A stretch of DNA of 63,610 bases, filler included, from Chiloscyllium plagiosum (taxonomy: Eukaryota), in the NCBI RefSeq assembly GCF_004010195.1. It is 4 parts of 2 records of this genome, joined end to end, with 100 filler letters (N's around TTAATTAATTAA, not from the genome) between each part and the next. Parts side by side here need not be neighbours in the genome. Positions count along the whole stretch, not along the records: positions 1 to 28,729 come from NC_057711.1; 3 more parts are not named here. One strand, written 5' to 3'. Below the pieces are notes generated by a model. It was not told the origin of the DNA and ran no database searches. It worked only from the letters and a program-made list of their open reading frames with translations. This document shows, piece by piece, positions 1 to 13,500 of the stretch; the stretch's first letter is position 1, and every line of letters starts with the position of its first letter. Made by a program: the position numbers and the translations under genes.

Positions 1-360
1 AGGTGTCCTCGAGTTGGTGTTTGGCTTCAGCGATGTAGAGGTCAGTGTGCCAGACTACCACTGCGCCCCCTTTGTGCGCTGGCTTGATGGTGAGGTCAGG
101 ATTGGAGCAGAGGGATTGGAGGGCTGCGCGTTGTGAGGGTGAGAGGTTGGAGTGGGGGAGGGGGGTCGACAGGTTGAGGCGGTTAATGTCCCGGCGGCAG
201 TTGGAAATGAAGAGGTCGAGGGCAGGTAATAGGCCAGTGCGGGGTGTCCAGGTGGATGCAGTGTGTTGGAGGTGGGCGAAGGGGTCCTTGGAAGGTGGGC
301 GGGAATCCTGATTGTGAAAGTAAGCTCGGAGGCGGAGGCGACGGAAGAATTGTTCGACTG
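1..360 (-). mobile_element. Penelope-like element fragment (N-terminal part of RT ORF)
   Basis: Minus strand translates to VEQFFRRLRLRAYFHN and LTIKPAHKGGAVVVW, matching the PLE IKPADKGGAVVV motif. Confidence 0.85.
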
Positions 361-1080
361 GTCCTGGGGAACAAAGAGACCTTGGAGTTCAAGTTCATAA
401 TTCCTTGAAAGTGGAGTCTCAGGTAGTTAGGATAGTGAAAAAGACATTTAGTATGCTTTCTTTTGTTGGTCAGAGCATTAAGTATAGGAGTTGGGAGGTC
501 ATGTTGAGGCTGATCAGTCCATTTTTGAAATATTGTGTGCAATTCTGGTCCTCCTCCTTTTGGAAGGATCTTGCGAAACCTGAAAGGCTTCAGAAAAGAT
601 TTACAAGGATTTTGCCGGGGTTCGAAGGTTTGAGCTTCAGGGAGAGGCTGAATAAACTGGCACTGTTCTCCCTGGAGTGTCAAAGGCTGAGGTGTCACCT
701 TCTATGGGCTTATAAAATCAGGAAGGGCACGATAGGGTAAATAGGCAAGGTCTTTTCCCTGGGTTGGGGTGTCCAGAACTAAAGGGCAAAGGTTTAGGGT
801 GAGAGGGGAAAGATTTAAAAAAGACCTAAGGGGCAACTTTTTCACACAGAGGATGGTGTACCTATGCAATAAGCTGCCAGAGAAAGTGATGGAAGTGCTG
901 GAGGCTGGTATAATTACAACATTTAAAAGACTTCTGGATGAGTGTATGAATAGGAAGGGTTTAGAGGGATCTGTGCCAAGCTATGGCAAATGGGATTAGG
1001 TTAATTTAGGATTACTGGTCAGCATGGATGAGTTGGATCGAAGGGTCTGTTTCCATGCTGTATTTCTCTATGACTCTATA
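361..1080 (+). mobile_element. CR1 LINE (HER1-like) 3' fragment
   Basis: YCVQFWS, ERLQKRFTRILPG, FFTQRMV..NKLP in ORF track; 3' tail gaagggtctgtttccatgctgta...ctatgactcta. Confidence 0.9.
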
Positions 1081-2551
1081 ATTAAAAATGTTTCTGCTGG
1101 CTGAATGATTGTAATCACATGACTCAGATTTAAATTAATTTAAGTTTATTGGCAAATGAACCAGAAGTGACACAAGGAGAAGTGTTTAAAAAAAAAGTAG
1201 AATTAGATGCAAATTCAAGTTAGTGTTCGAAAGGCAATAAGATAAATATTTGGAGAAAGAAAAAAGGGATAGATGGATTGTATTGGAGTAGAGTGGCAGT
1301 AGTAGGGTCAACTTGAGTTACCTTCAAATTCCATATGCTGATTGCCCTCCTTCTGTGCTGCATTAATTCATTCTTTTGGATGCAAATGCACCATGAAGGC
1401 ATTTGACAGAAGCTGTTGAGTGTCAAAGGGGACAAAGTAGGGATGAGATAAGAGGCACAGAAATAGAAGCAGCACCACTGCACATGATTTCTCTCCCTGG
1501 TCCTGAATCTTTTTGCCCTTTGAAGGGACAAGAACTCAAAAGAATACCCCCTGGTGATCAACTATATAGTGTGGACTGAAAATTCACAGGTCTAATTTGA
1601 AAGATGCAAACTTCTCTGGTTCTGCATTCTACAGCTTCTGTTCTTATGTCATATTGTATGATTTAAACGTGAGAATTTGTTAATACAGTCAATGCCTTTG
1701 TGTATATTTTGTGAATGCAGTAGACTTATAGTTCCTGTTGGCTATAGTAATGCTCATGTGGTGAGATAAATGGAAATGCAGCTACTACTTTGTACCTTTG
1801 CTTTCTTCCAGGTGACTATGCATTGGTTCATTGGCTGTAATACTATTTACTTAATGAAAAGAGAATGTGTCTTGACTGTGAGAGGGGTTTTCAATACAAT
1901 TGCAAAACACGGGAACAAAGGCCAAATACACAACTATACGTGTGTAAGAATGTTAACGTGATGTCATGACAGATTTGATGTGCATTGTGTAGTTGTTACT
2001 TAAAAACATATTCATGCTGAGATCATTTTGATCAGTTCAGAACAGTTAACAGCCCTTCAATGTAAATATTTAACAGATATAAGTGAATGCGCTATTATAG
2101 ATAGATGATAACATATATGACAAGGGACTGAATTAATCTCACTTATTTGCTAATTCTAATGTTTCAACAAGATCAAAGAGGAATTGTTAAAGTAAAAATA
2201 AATTATCTTGCTAGACTGACTGCTCTTTGTCGTGTGTTTCACTATTATTAGTGTGAATTGAGAAAATTTCTTTCATTTCCTTCTATTCTCTACCAGACAA
2301 CCAGGCAGGATCTGCCTTTCTTCTCATTGTACTAGCAATAACTCCCAACATTCCTTCAAACTCCTGGCCTCTATCAATTAAAAGGACAAGGACAGCAGAT
2401 ACATGGGTTCACCCCTGCCAATAAATTCCCCTTCAAGCCTTGTACTGACCTGATATGGCAATATATTACCATGCCTTCACTGTCACCAGGTCAAAATCTT
2501 GGAAGCCCCTTCCTAACTGCACTGTATGTATATCTATGCTCCAAGTCCATT

Positions 2552-4110
2552 AATTCCAAGGCCTGATAACATACATCCCAGAATATTTAAAGAAATGGCC
2601 CAGAAATAATGGATGCATGGTGGTCATTTTTAAAGATTCTATAGACTCTGGAACAGTTCCTAAGGATTGGAAAGTAGCTAATGTAACGCCACAATTTAAA
2701 AAGGGAGGTAGAGAGAAAACAAGAAATTACAAAACAGTTAGCTTGACATTGGTAGTATGGAAAATACTACAGTTCATTATAAAATATTTAATAGCAGATC
2801 ACTTGGTAAACAGTGATGGAATCAGATAGAGTCAGTATGGATTTATGAAAGGAAATCATGTTTGATAAATCAAGTGGAATATTTTGAGAATGTAAAGAGT
2901 AGAATTGATAAGGGGGAGCCAGTTAGTGTGGTTTACTTGGATTTTTAGTAGGCTTTTGATGAGGTACCATTATAAAAGAATATCATGCAAAATTAAAGCA
3001 CATAGGATTGGATAATGACATGGATGGAGAACTGGTTCACAGACAGGAAACAAAGAGGGTGAACAGATGGTTATTTTTCTCTCATTGGCAGACAGTGGCT
3101 GCTGGGATCCTACAAGGATCAATGCTTAAACCACAAGTACTCACAATATATATTAATTACTTAAATGAGAGACCTAGATGCAGTATTTTAAAGTTTGCAG
3201 ACAACACAAAGCTATGTGTGAGGGTGAGCTATGAGAAGGTTGCCAAAATGCTTCAGTGTGATTTGGACAAGTTGTATCAGTGAAAAATAAATGACACATG
3301 AAGTAAAATGTGAGCAAATGTGAGGTTATCCACATGTAGCAAAAATAAGAAGGCAGCTTTTTATCTGAATGGCGATAGGTTGGGAAAGGGGGAGGTGTAA
3401 TGAGACCTGAGAATTCTTGTACAGCAGTTGCTGAAAGTAAGCGTACAGATACAGCAGATGATGAAGAAGGCAAAAGGTTTGTTGGCCTTCACAGTGAGAG
3501 AATTTGAGCAGAGGAGCACAGATTGCTGCAATTGTACAGGCCCTTTGTGACACCACACCTGTCGTGTTGTAGACTATTTTGGTCTCCTTATCTGAGGAAG
3601 GATGTTTTGGCTATGGAGCAAGTGCAAGAAAAGTTAACCAGACTGATTCCTGGGATGGCAGGAACTATGTATGAAGTGAGATTGGATCAGTTACGGGTAT
3701 ATTCACTGGAGTTAAGAAGAATGAGGAGATTTCATAAAAACCTATAAAGCTCCACCAAGAATAGATAGGGTAAACACAGGCAGGATGTTCCCAATGATCA
3801 GAACCAGTGGTCACAGTTTAAGAAAAGAGGGTAGGCCATTCAGGATTGAGATGAGGATAAATTTCCTCACATAGAGAGTGATAAACCTGTGGAATTCTCT
3901 ACCGCAGAAAGTGATTAAGGACAAAACATTGAATATTTTGCAAAAGTTGTTAGATATAGTTCTTAGGACTAAAAAGATCAAAACGTATGTGGAGAAAGCA
4001 GCAACAGGTACTGAGCTAGATGGTCAGCCACGATCATATTAAATGGCTGGCAGACTTGAAGAGCTGAGTGGCCTACTCTGGCTCCTACTTTCTGTGTTTC
4101 CATGTTTAAC
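2552..4110 (+). mobile_element. CR1 LINE, degenerate RT and 3' end
   Basis: VPKDWKVANVTPQFKKGGREKTRNYKTVSLT, KFADNTKL and FWSPYLRKD motifs across broken frames. Confidence 0.9.
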
Positions 4111-4829
4111 GTATACTTACGACAATTTAGAAAGACCTTAATTTAAACAGCAAAAACAAAGATTCAATTTTCTGTTATCTTGTGTCATTTATAGATTCTC
4201 AAGCCCTGTGAAGTACCACTCATATCCTAACTTTACAATTTTTCACCCAGCTAACTTTCCCTAGTTTTGATGGCCAGCTCTGAATACTGGATCCTTTTCA
4301 ATTTTCACAACTCAGAGATTTCATCCTAATAAAAACTCACGGTCTGGAGATTTCTACAAACTAACCTGCTCCTCTGCTGATATGAAATTCTTTTTCTGAA
4401 ACCTGATTCTGGCTTTGGACTCTCAGTTTATGTCATAAAACTCAACATTTATAAACATTCAGCAATTAACCGTCCTGGTATCTGATTGAGGAATTTAACT
4501 TAAATTTCATATTTTCTGGGAAATGATTTATTTAATCCCCATTCTAACTTATTGTCTAAACTCTTATTAAACAAAAACCAAGCAAGTTATCTTCACAGAA
4601 CTAAAACCCAAATTTCTTTGAGTTCTACTTTTGCAATCAAATACTTAAACTATAAACTTATTTCACATATAATAGAATTTAAATAATCCATTTGAGGACC
4701 CAGATAATGTATGCAAAAACCCGTTATCATATAAAACAAAAAGTCATGTTGGCTCATAAATGTCTTCAGTGAAGTTATATCATGTGATTTTATATTGGAG
4801 GTACGTAGGCCAATAGTAATCTTCCTTAA

Positions 4830-5030
4830 AAGATTACAGAACTAGATGGATATTTACAACATTTAACAATTGTCTTGTGGTCATTATTAGACTCTTATAT
4901 TTAGATTTTTTTTATTGAAGTTAAATTCTACCATCTGCTTCTGCAGGACTTGAAACAAACTTGAAACAGCCTGGGTCACTGCATTAATATTCAGGTTATT
5001 ATGTCATTCGTTATTACCATATTTGCCTCC
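4830..5030 (-). mobile_element. Degenerate tRNA-derived SINE fragment
   Basis: Resembles 34780-34895 and the reverse complement of 52770-52935 (gtcattattagactctta...tttattgaa.ttaaattctaccatctg). Confidence 0.5.
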
Positions 5031-8000
5031 CTCTTGCTTGCATACCAGTTGGCAAAGGATCTGTGGAAATCTCACATCATTAGTTGAACAACCTTGAAAT
5101 TTATGTGCAGTCTTTCCAAAAAGATAGCTCATGAAAATACCAAGTGCCAACTTTTGTTTTTAATTCATTCGCAGGATTTGCTCACAAAGACTAACATTTA
5201 TTCTTCGTCTCTAATTGGCCTTGAGGAGGAGCTGGTGAGCCACTTTTCCCAGAAACTGAGCAGGTTGTTAGCCTCTTTCAGAAGTTAGTTAAGAATTAAC
5301 CGTGTGGATGTGGTTTTGGAGTCACGCATGGGCTAGTCTGGTTCCCTTCCCTCAAGGAGAGAACAGAGCAAGGTTTTGTTTTAAAAAGTAAAATGAACCA
5401 AATTAACCAATCACACAAGCTGCAAACACTGCTGATCTGGGGCAGTATTACTGTAATAAAATATCAAGAAGAGGTGGAACAAGGGAGGAAACTAATGCAC
5501 TGCAGCATTTGTGATGCCCACCTCTCTCTGAAAGCTTGGAAGTACTGGCGGAGACTGCATGCTCTCTATCTAAGGACTTACAGATACTGACTTAGCTGTG
5601 AAAGTGAAGTATGCACTTAGGAACTACTACCCCCTCCAAGGCCCATTGCCTGAACTTGTTGATGGCTACTTTAGCCATGCTCAGAACCACTGAAATACCC
5701 ACGTGTGGTTCTCTGACTTATCTGTACCCCTCCACACCGACTGTCTAAATTGGTGGAAGCGTGGAGCTGAAGTGTAGCCAGAAGAATGATAAAAGTTTTT
5801 TACGAAAACAGAACAAGAGGTATAACTGTTCCACAACCAGTTCATGCATGGTCCATGGATTCCTCGGCACCACAGAATAAATAGCTGGTACGGGAGTCTA
5901 TGAACCACCTTAACCTATGATATTACAGGATTACTATGTGCAGCCCCTCCCCAATATAAAGTGAGAGATTTCCCACATTGAGAGCCCTCCACAGGGGATC
6001 CCAGCCACCTAGCAGTAAAGTGGAATGTTGTGGCACATCCAGGTGGTGGATAAATGAATAGAAATGGATGGCGTGCAGCAGCAGCACAAAGAGGAAATTC
6101 CTCTACACAGATGGAAGAACATGGAGGGAATTTTCATGAGGTGGTTCAGATTGTGGGATATCAGCCCCTCAGGGTGTTTCCAGAAACTGGGGCCAATGTG
6201 AAATTTTGTCTGTGTTGGGGTATAGGTGGGATACCACAGCTCTCCTGAAAATTCTCTAACCAGTGAATCACATGAAGTCCCAGCATCACTATTTTCAATG
6301 TGATGGGCGACAATGAGCTAGAAATCCACTGCCACTTGACTCACCAGCTTCTGCAGTAACATCTAGCCCACTCCTCAGCACATTGGAACCTCTGGTTACC
6401 TCTGTGCCCCAACCCTCCTTTCCACTAGCCACTTGAACATGGGTATCTCAATGGTGAGAAGACTCAATGCAATTTAACCATGATCCACATGTCAATCAGG
6501 CTCTTGTCAGCATTCTGAGGAAGACCCACAGACGTTTGCAATCCATAAACAGGAATTATATGTTTTCTCTCCTGTAACAAACCTGGTGGAAGAAATGCAT
6601 AATAGGGCACACTATCTGAGAGGAGGGTCAATGTAAAAGTATCACTGCAGGGTCTAAACATGGAATGTTGCTATCTGGGTCTGAAGGAATACCAATGACT
6701 GAAAGTCCTTCTTAATGGAGACACTCAGAACCTCTGCAGTAACCCAATGCATCTCCTTGTCTTGGAAGAAAATAACCAACATTTTTGTGACAAAACTAAG
6801 GAGAGGTGTCAAAGGGATGAGCCACTACTACTACACGGAGGCCACCAGCTGATTTATGACCCGTGCTTGCCCCTATAAGATATCACTCAAATCAAACTTG
6901 TTCAGTGCCCTAGGTGAGTGGAGACTCTGCCCTCTAACTCTGGCCAGTTCTCCAGCCAGGGTTCCTCAGCTCGGCTAAGGTGGATCCCAGATAAAGGAGT
7001 TGTGTAGTTCCTTCCTCCAGCGAAGAGTCCATCTGCTTCTGACCAACCAGATGTCCAGTACATGTGGTCCAGTTGATCTTGGTGGAACAGAAAGCTGATT
7101 GTGCTTCTTGGCAATCACCCATCGTCTGCAGGTTAGTTAGGTCGGTGAACTTGAGCAGCATATCATCAGCGAGAATGAGCTTTCATGACAATTAAATTAA
7201 GTTAGATGGTTAATAGCTTTTTTATTTCAAGATTCCAGATTCATTTAATAGACTTAATTTACATTGTTTACCTGCTGTACTGGAATTTGAATACATGTTT
7301 CTAGACAGTTAGTCTGCACCTCCAGATAACTACATCAGGAACATAACCGCTCTAATGTTTTCTCAGAATTTTCAATGTCTGAGAATTAAACTGACCCTGA
7401 GACAAAGTCCATTTCTGTCCAGCTCAGCTTCTTCTGAAGGCCCTGGCCCTCAGATGGCTTGTAAAAGCCCTAGGACTATAGGCAATGGAAAGGCCTTTTT
7501 CAGTTGTTAGGAGGAAGCCGTGGTGCTAAGAAGGAGTAGATTGTTTGTGTACATTCTGGAATTCACTGCAATAAAATAGACTGCGCAGTTTGTTATTGAT
7601 GGAGGTTGGAGCCATGCAAACAGATTACACTGTTGTGGTGCTGACTCCTTCAGCCAGACATTGATAAATGACACAGTCATGCAGAGGTAAAGAGAGCTGA
7701 TGTGAAATAAGAGGAAATGGCAACTGACTGAACAGAATGTCTCCTTATTTCAGCATTGACTGGTAGGAGATAGAACCGTGATATTAAAAATGGGCTCCAT
7801 ACTCCGATATGTCTGACATTAAATCTGAGTCACGCTCGCTTCACTTGGTGATGCTGCTTCCCTTCTAAGTGCATGGTACATCAACTCTCATTAACCAATG
7901 GTTAATTATCCTTATTTCTGATTCCAAAAATATTGTTCACGATGCCTCATAATAAGTCTTCAGTATTGCTATTGATGGCTGTGTCCTCTTCCACACCGTG

Positions 8001-8396
8001 GGGATGAGTAGATCGCCCAGAAGTGGAAGATGCAGAACATCCATCATCCAAGGGACACAAAGAGGAGGAACCAGAAATGGCCTGGTACCGTAGCAGGCAT
8101 CTGAGCTCATCGAGCATGCTTCAGCAAATCAATAAAGTTAAAAATTCCTTTATGGGACATAGGTGATGCTGACGAGATCAAAATCTATCGCCAATCCCCA
8201 ATTGCCATTGAGAAAGCAGTGATGGTGATGTAGTATTCCTGAACCAATACTGTCCAGGGAGAATGAAAGATGTAACAAAAAGAGGCCAATTGAACTAAGA
8301 GTTCAAGTAAACTATTTCATTCATTGATATAAATATGAGCATAACATTGTTAACATTGTTGTAAACTCAAGTGTATTCCCTAATGAAAATAAAGAT

Positions 8397-9138
8397 CGGT
8401 GCTGGGCCCTCTACTTTTTGTCATTTGCATAAATGATTTGGATGCAAGCATAAGAGGTACAGTTAGTAAGTTTGCAAATGACACCAAAATTGGAGGTGTA
8501 GTGGACAGCGAAGAGGGTTACCTCCGATTACAACAGGATCTTGACCAGATGGGCTGAGAAGTGGCAGATGAAGTTTAATTCAGATAAATGCAAGGTGCTG
8601 CATTTTGGGAAAGCAAATCTTAGCAGGACTTATACACTTAATGGTCAGGTCCTAGGGACTGTTGCTGAACAAAGAGACCTTGGAGTGCAGGTTCATAGCT
8701 CCTTGAAAGTGGAGTCGCAGGTAGATAGGATAGNNNNNNNNNNNNNNNNNNNNNNNNNNNNNNNNNNNNNNNNNNNNNNNNNNNNNNNNNNNNNNNNNNN
8801 NNNNNNNNNNNNNNNNNNNNNNNNNNNNNNNNNNNNNNNNNNNNNNNNNNNNNNNNNNNNNNNNNNNNNNNNNNNNNNNNNNNNNNNNNNNNNNNNNNNN
8901 NNNNNNNNNNNNNNNNNAGGGTGGTACGTGTATGGAATGAGCTGCCAGAAGATGTGGTGGAGGCTGGTACAATTGCAACATTTAAGAGGCATTTGGATGG
9001 GTATGTGAATAGGAAGGGTTTGGAGGGATATGGGCCGGGTGCTGGCAGGTGGGACTAGATTGGGTTGGGATATCTGGTTGGTATGGACGGGTTGGACCGA
9101 AGGGTTTTTTTCCATGCTGTACATCTCTATGACTCTAT
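8397..9138 (+). mobile_element. CR1 LINE (HER1-like) 3' fragment spanning an N gap (8734-8917)
   Basis: WAEKWQMKFNSDKCKVLHFG, QRDLGVQV; HER1-type tail ending ctatgactcta. Confidence 0.9.
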
Positions 9139-9286
9139 GCCTCTATTCTGTCTTTCTAATCCATTTTCCCTTTCTCCCTAATGCCAGCTGTTTGTTCTGT
9201 CCCTTCCCTATTGGCACCGTGTGGGAGGGGAGACTTCACTATCTGAGATTAAGACAGCATATGTAATCAAGTATATATTAGGGAAC

Positions 9287-9370
9287 AGAGCTATTGCCCA
9301 AAACATCAATTCTCCTGCTCCTCAGATGCTGCCTGACCTGCTGTACTTTTCCAGCGTTACACTCTCGACA
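9287..9370 (+). mobile_element. PLE terminal-repeat fragment (family A)
   Basis: gcccaaaacatcaattctcctgctcctcagatgctgcctgacctgctg, matches the PLE 3' end at 37244-37310. Confidence 0.7.
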
Positions 9371-11290
9371 AGGGATGACAAGGAAGGGCTTCTTCAGAGG
9401 AATCCCCATTAAACTGGTGAAGCCATCAAATGGGACTACTTGCATACTAAACAAAACAAGCAGCAAGTGATAGAGCTTAGCAATCCCACAATCAACAGAT
9501 CAGCTCTAAGCTGATGGTGGTGAGTGATTAAACAACTCATTGGAGGAGGAGGCTCCTAAAATATCCCTATCCTCAATGCTGGATGAGTCCAGCACATCAA
9601 TGCAAAGAATAAGGCTGAAGCTTTCGCAGCCATCTTCAGCCAGAAGTGTCAAGTGTAGGATCCATCTTGGCCTCCTCCAGAAATCGCCAGCATTACAGAT
9701 ATCAGTCTCCAACCAATTCGATTCACTCCACATGTTATCAAGAAATGTTTGGAGGCACCTGATACTGCAAAGTAATGGGACCTGACAACAATCCAGCAAT
9801 AGTACTGAAGATTTGTGCTCCAGAACTTGCCGCTCCCCTAACCAAGCTGTTCCAGTAGAGTTACACCATTGGCATTGACCCGACAATGTGGAAAATTGTC
9901 CCAGGTATGCCCTGTGTGTAAAAAGTAGGACAAATCCAAATCAACCCCAACAGTCTATACTTGATCATCAGTAAGGTGATGGTAGGTGTCATTAACAGTA
10001 CTATCAAGCAGCACCTGCTCAACAATAACCTGCTCAGTGCCGCCTAGTTTGGGTTCTGCCTGGGCCACTCAGCTCCTGACCTCATCACAGCCTTAATCCA
10101 AACATGGGCAGAAGAGGTGAATTCCAGAGGTCAGGTGAGAGTGACAGCCCTTGACATCAAGGAGTGTGGCATTAAGATGCCTGAGCAAAATTGGAATCAA
10201 TGGGTATTGGGGGCAAACTCTTCGATAGTTGGAGTTATATCTGGCACATAGGAAGATGGTCATAGTTGCTGGAGGTCAGTCATCTCAGCTGCAGGATATC
10301 TCTGCAGGCTTTCCTCAGGGAAGTGGCCCAACCATCTTCAGCTGCTTCATCAATTACCTTCCCTCCGTCATAAGGTTAGAAGTGGGGATATTCACCTTTG
10401 ATTGCACTTTAGACCCGGGTTCAATTCCCACCTCAGGCGACTCTTTGTGTGGAGTTTGCACATTCTCCCCGTGTCTGCGTCGGTTTCCTCTGGGTGCTCC
10501 GGTTTCCTTCCACAGTCCAAAAATGTGCAGGTCAGGTGAATTGGCCATGCTAAATTGCCCGTAGTTTTAGGTGAAGGGGTAAATGTAGGGGAATGGGTCT
10601 GGGTGGGTTGCGCTTTGGCGGGTCGGTGTGGACTTGTTGGGCCGAAGGGTCTGTTTCCACACTGTAAATAATCTAATCGAAAACAAAATAAATGCAGTGG
10701 CTACAACAGCAGGTCAGAGGCTCAGAATACTGTAGCAAGTAACACATATCCACTCTTCAAAGTCTGTCCACCATCTACAGGGCACAAGTCAGGAATGTGA
10801 TGGAATGCTCCCCATTTATCTGGATGAGTGCAGCACCAACAACACTCAAGAAGCTTGACACCTCCAGGACAAAGCAGCCCATTTGATTGACACGACATCC
10901 ACAAGCATCCACTCTGTCCACCATGACCGATGCTCAGTAGCAGCAGTGTGTACTGTCTACAAATTGCACTGCAGAAATGCACCAAAGATCCTCAGACAGC
11001 ACTTTCCAAACGCACAACCACTTCCACCTGGAAGAACAAGGGCAGGAGATGTATGGGAACACCACTACCTTCAGGTATCCCTCCAAGCCACTCACCATTC
11101 TGACTTGGTAATATATTGCTGTTCCTTCACTGTCAAAATCCTGGAATTCTCTTGACACTTTGGGTCAACCCACAGCAAATGGACAGTAGTGGTCCAAGAA
11201 AGCAGCTCACTCCCACCTTCTCAAGGACAACTAGTGATAGGCAATAAATGATGGCCAGCCAATGATGCCCACATCACACAAATGAATAAT
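9370..11290 (+). mobile_element. Second CR1-group LINE family, degenerate RT and 3' end, interrupted by HE1
   Basis: GPDNNPAIVLKICAPELAAPLTKLFQ at about 9778; ISAGFPQGS. The same 3' region recurs at about 2290-2550 (+) and 14550-14830 (-). Confidence 0.75.
10410..10678 (+). mobile_element. HE1-type V-SINE, 5' truncated
   Basis: B-box gggttcaattcc, V-domain tgtggagtttgcacattctccccgtgtctgcgt, tail gggccgaagggtctgtttccacactgtaa. Confidence 0.9.
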
Positions 11291-12969
11291 TTTTAACAAA
11301 ATATTATTATGTGGCTTTCCTCCATTTTCTGTGTTATAGGCCTTGCATTTCCCTCCTGGTCAAGAGCTGGAGAACATTTTCTCTGTATCTCCATGATGCA
11401 TTTAGCCACCAAGTTGAAGTGTTATTCCATTCAATGAACAGTGGTTTCCAGCACAAATCACTGACACAATGTTGCACCATGCTAGAAATTGACTTCTCCA
11501 ACTGTCTCCAAGGGACCACACTATAAACTGGAAATACTAACAGAAGCAATTACACATCTTGTTGCTGATCCACAAGTTCCCTATTCATGGGATGATCCCA
11601 GAGGCTCAGCATTTTGATCAATATGAGAAAACCTTGCTGTTGCTTTCCCTCTCATGGGATCTCTGCTTCGCTGTCTCTGTCAGCAGGAAGTGCTGCTGCT
11701 CTCAGCTGATGTGGATCCCCCCTGCCATTTGACAACTGATCACTGTTGATGTACCCATTGATGTGTACGTATCTGCCCTGATGGAGGATGCACATGAACC
11801 GTGTTATAGTTCAGCCTTACAGCATTCATCCTCCTCTAAGGATCCATTGCTCCACTTCCTTCATCAGATCCTCTATTATCCTTGAAGAAGGTCTGTGGAT
11901 ATTAACCCAAGATTGCAGGTTTAACCAAAATGAAGTCACTGAAATGAGGAAAAACACATGAAGCTTGCTGATGACCTCATGATTAGAAAGGTTGCCGATT
12001 TTAATGTGTTTCTGTGCTTTCTGAAAGAATCTGTGTATGTGTTTAGATTGGAGTACTGTAACTCAGCAATAATGGACTGTCGCAGTAACAATGGAAAAAT
12101 CTGAAGTTTTGGTTAAAATAGATGTATTGAATCAGATGTGTAATGTTTATCAGCTGGATTTTGGATTGTTGTGAACTTGTGCTTTGTAAATATCATGCAA
12201 TTGATTGGAGACAAGAAAAAAATGGTGAACAGTGATAGCAAGTTTAATTTTATGTCAAAGTTTATTGTATGGAAATTATATTTTAAAAAAACGTGCCTTA
12301 CAACATAGTGACCTTATTCAGGGAAGAGGTAATCTGATCAGTGGCTTAAGGTTTAGACGGAGTGGGCTGATCACCTGTTCTGCATACAGTTCTATTACAC
12401 TGACGTACTTATGTATTGTAGGATTTGTCTGGTTAACATGCAAAGTAATCCTTTTCACTAATCCAATTGACAACAATAGATCAAATCAAATTAAATCAAG
12501 TCAAATTCTGGTTTGATCCTTGGACAAGACCACATGAGTTGTGTTCACTTGTTACTGTAAATATTTTATGGGTATTTATAGCATTTTTTACAGTGTACTT
12601 TAATAAAGAACATTGCATTTTTCCATTGTTAGATCTACCTTGGGTTATTGATATCTAGAGTAAACCTGATGGATCAAGGAAAGTGGAAATAAAAGCCTAC
12701 AGGTCTCAAAAGATGGAAGACAAAAGTTACTGTGGACATTGAGAAGAGTGCAAACTCGACAGTGCATAATGTGTTATTTCAATTAGTGAAACTGTCAATT
12801 CAATGTGAGTAACTGTTAAGTTCCCAGTGGTAGCGTGATATTTAATGCTGTCACCTTTGCTCTGGACCTCTCTATCTCTCTATCACTGATAGCTAATATG
12901 TGCCACCTTGCAGGCAGCTTCCTCAGTGGCAGTCAGGAAAACAGGTCCATCTTGGTCCTCTGCTTTTAC

Positions 12970-13500
12970 CTATGAATCTATAAACAACGAGCAGGAATAG
13001 GCCATTTGGCCCTTTAAGCCTATCCTATTACTTAACCAGATAATGATTGATCAGATTAAAGCCTCAAATCCATATTTCCAACCACCCCTGAAAACCTTTT
13101 ACCTTCTTATTTAACAAGAATCTATCTGCCACTGCCTTAAAGTTATTTAAGAACTCTGTTTCACCAACTTTCTTGTAACTTTATTTCAAAGATACATATC
13201 CCTGTGAGAGAAAAAAAATCATGTAAACAGTGTCAGAAGTTACATGACACCAGATTATAGTCTAACAGATTTATTTAAAATCACAAGCTTTTGGAGTGCT
13301 CCTGCTTCATCACCTGAGGAAGATGAAGTCCAACACCGGCATTTCCTAATCATATAAACAGTGAGCCAGCGTCCTTGATTGTCCCGCAGGAAGAAATGTC
13401 CACTCCACATCCATTTCATCATGCCCCCTCATGATCTTATATGTTTCAATCAAATACCTAACCTCTGCAATCTTTCCTCAGGAAAACCTTAATGATCTCA
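12970..13500 (-). mobile_element. Old CR1 3' fragment containing a PLE-derived insertion
   Basis: Reverse complement of a CR1 tail (gagcaggaataggccatttggccc); similar to 62365-62965. Confidence 0.6.
13233..13348. mobile_element. Short PLE-derived insertion (family C) with 15-bp TSD
   Basis: Flanked by atcatgtaaacagtg (13218-13232) and atcatataaacagtg (13349-13363); homologous to 46588-46732. Confidence 0.7.

Noticed and set aside
183..698. 171-aa minus-strand ORF
   Set aside because: Chance ORF across a CR1/PLE junction; no coherent protein.
5400..7200. Possible decayed PIF/Harbinger DNA transposon (also about 11580-11900 and 13550-13870)
   Set aside because: Only a general resemblance; I could not read a transposase motif or terminal inverted repeats.
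12000..12660. Possible additional solo LTR (also about 4140-4690)
   Set aside because: No convincing TG..CA ends with TSD identified.
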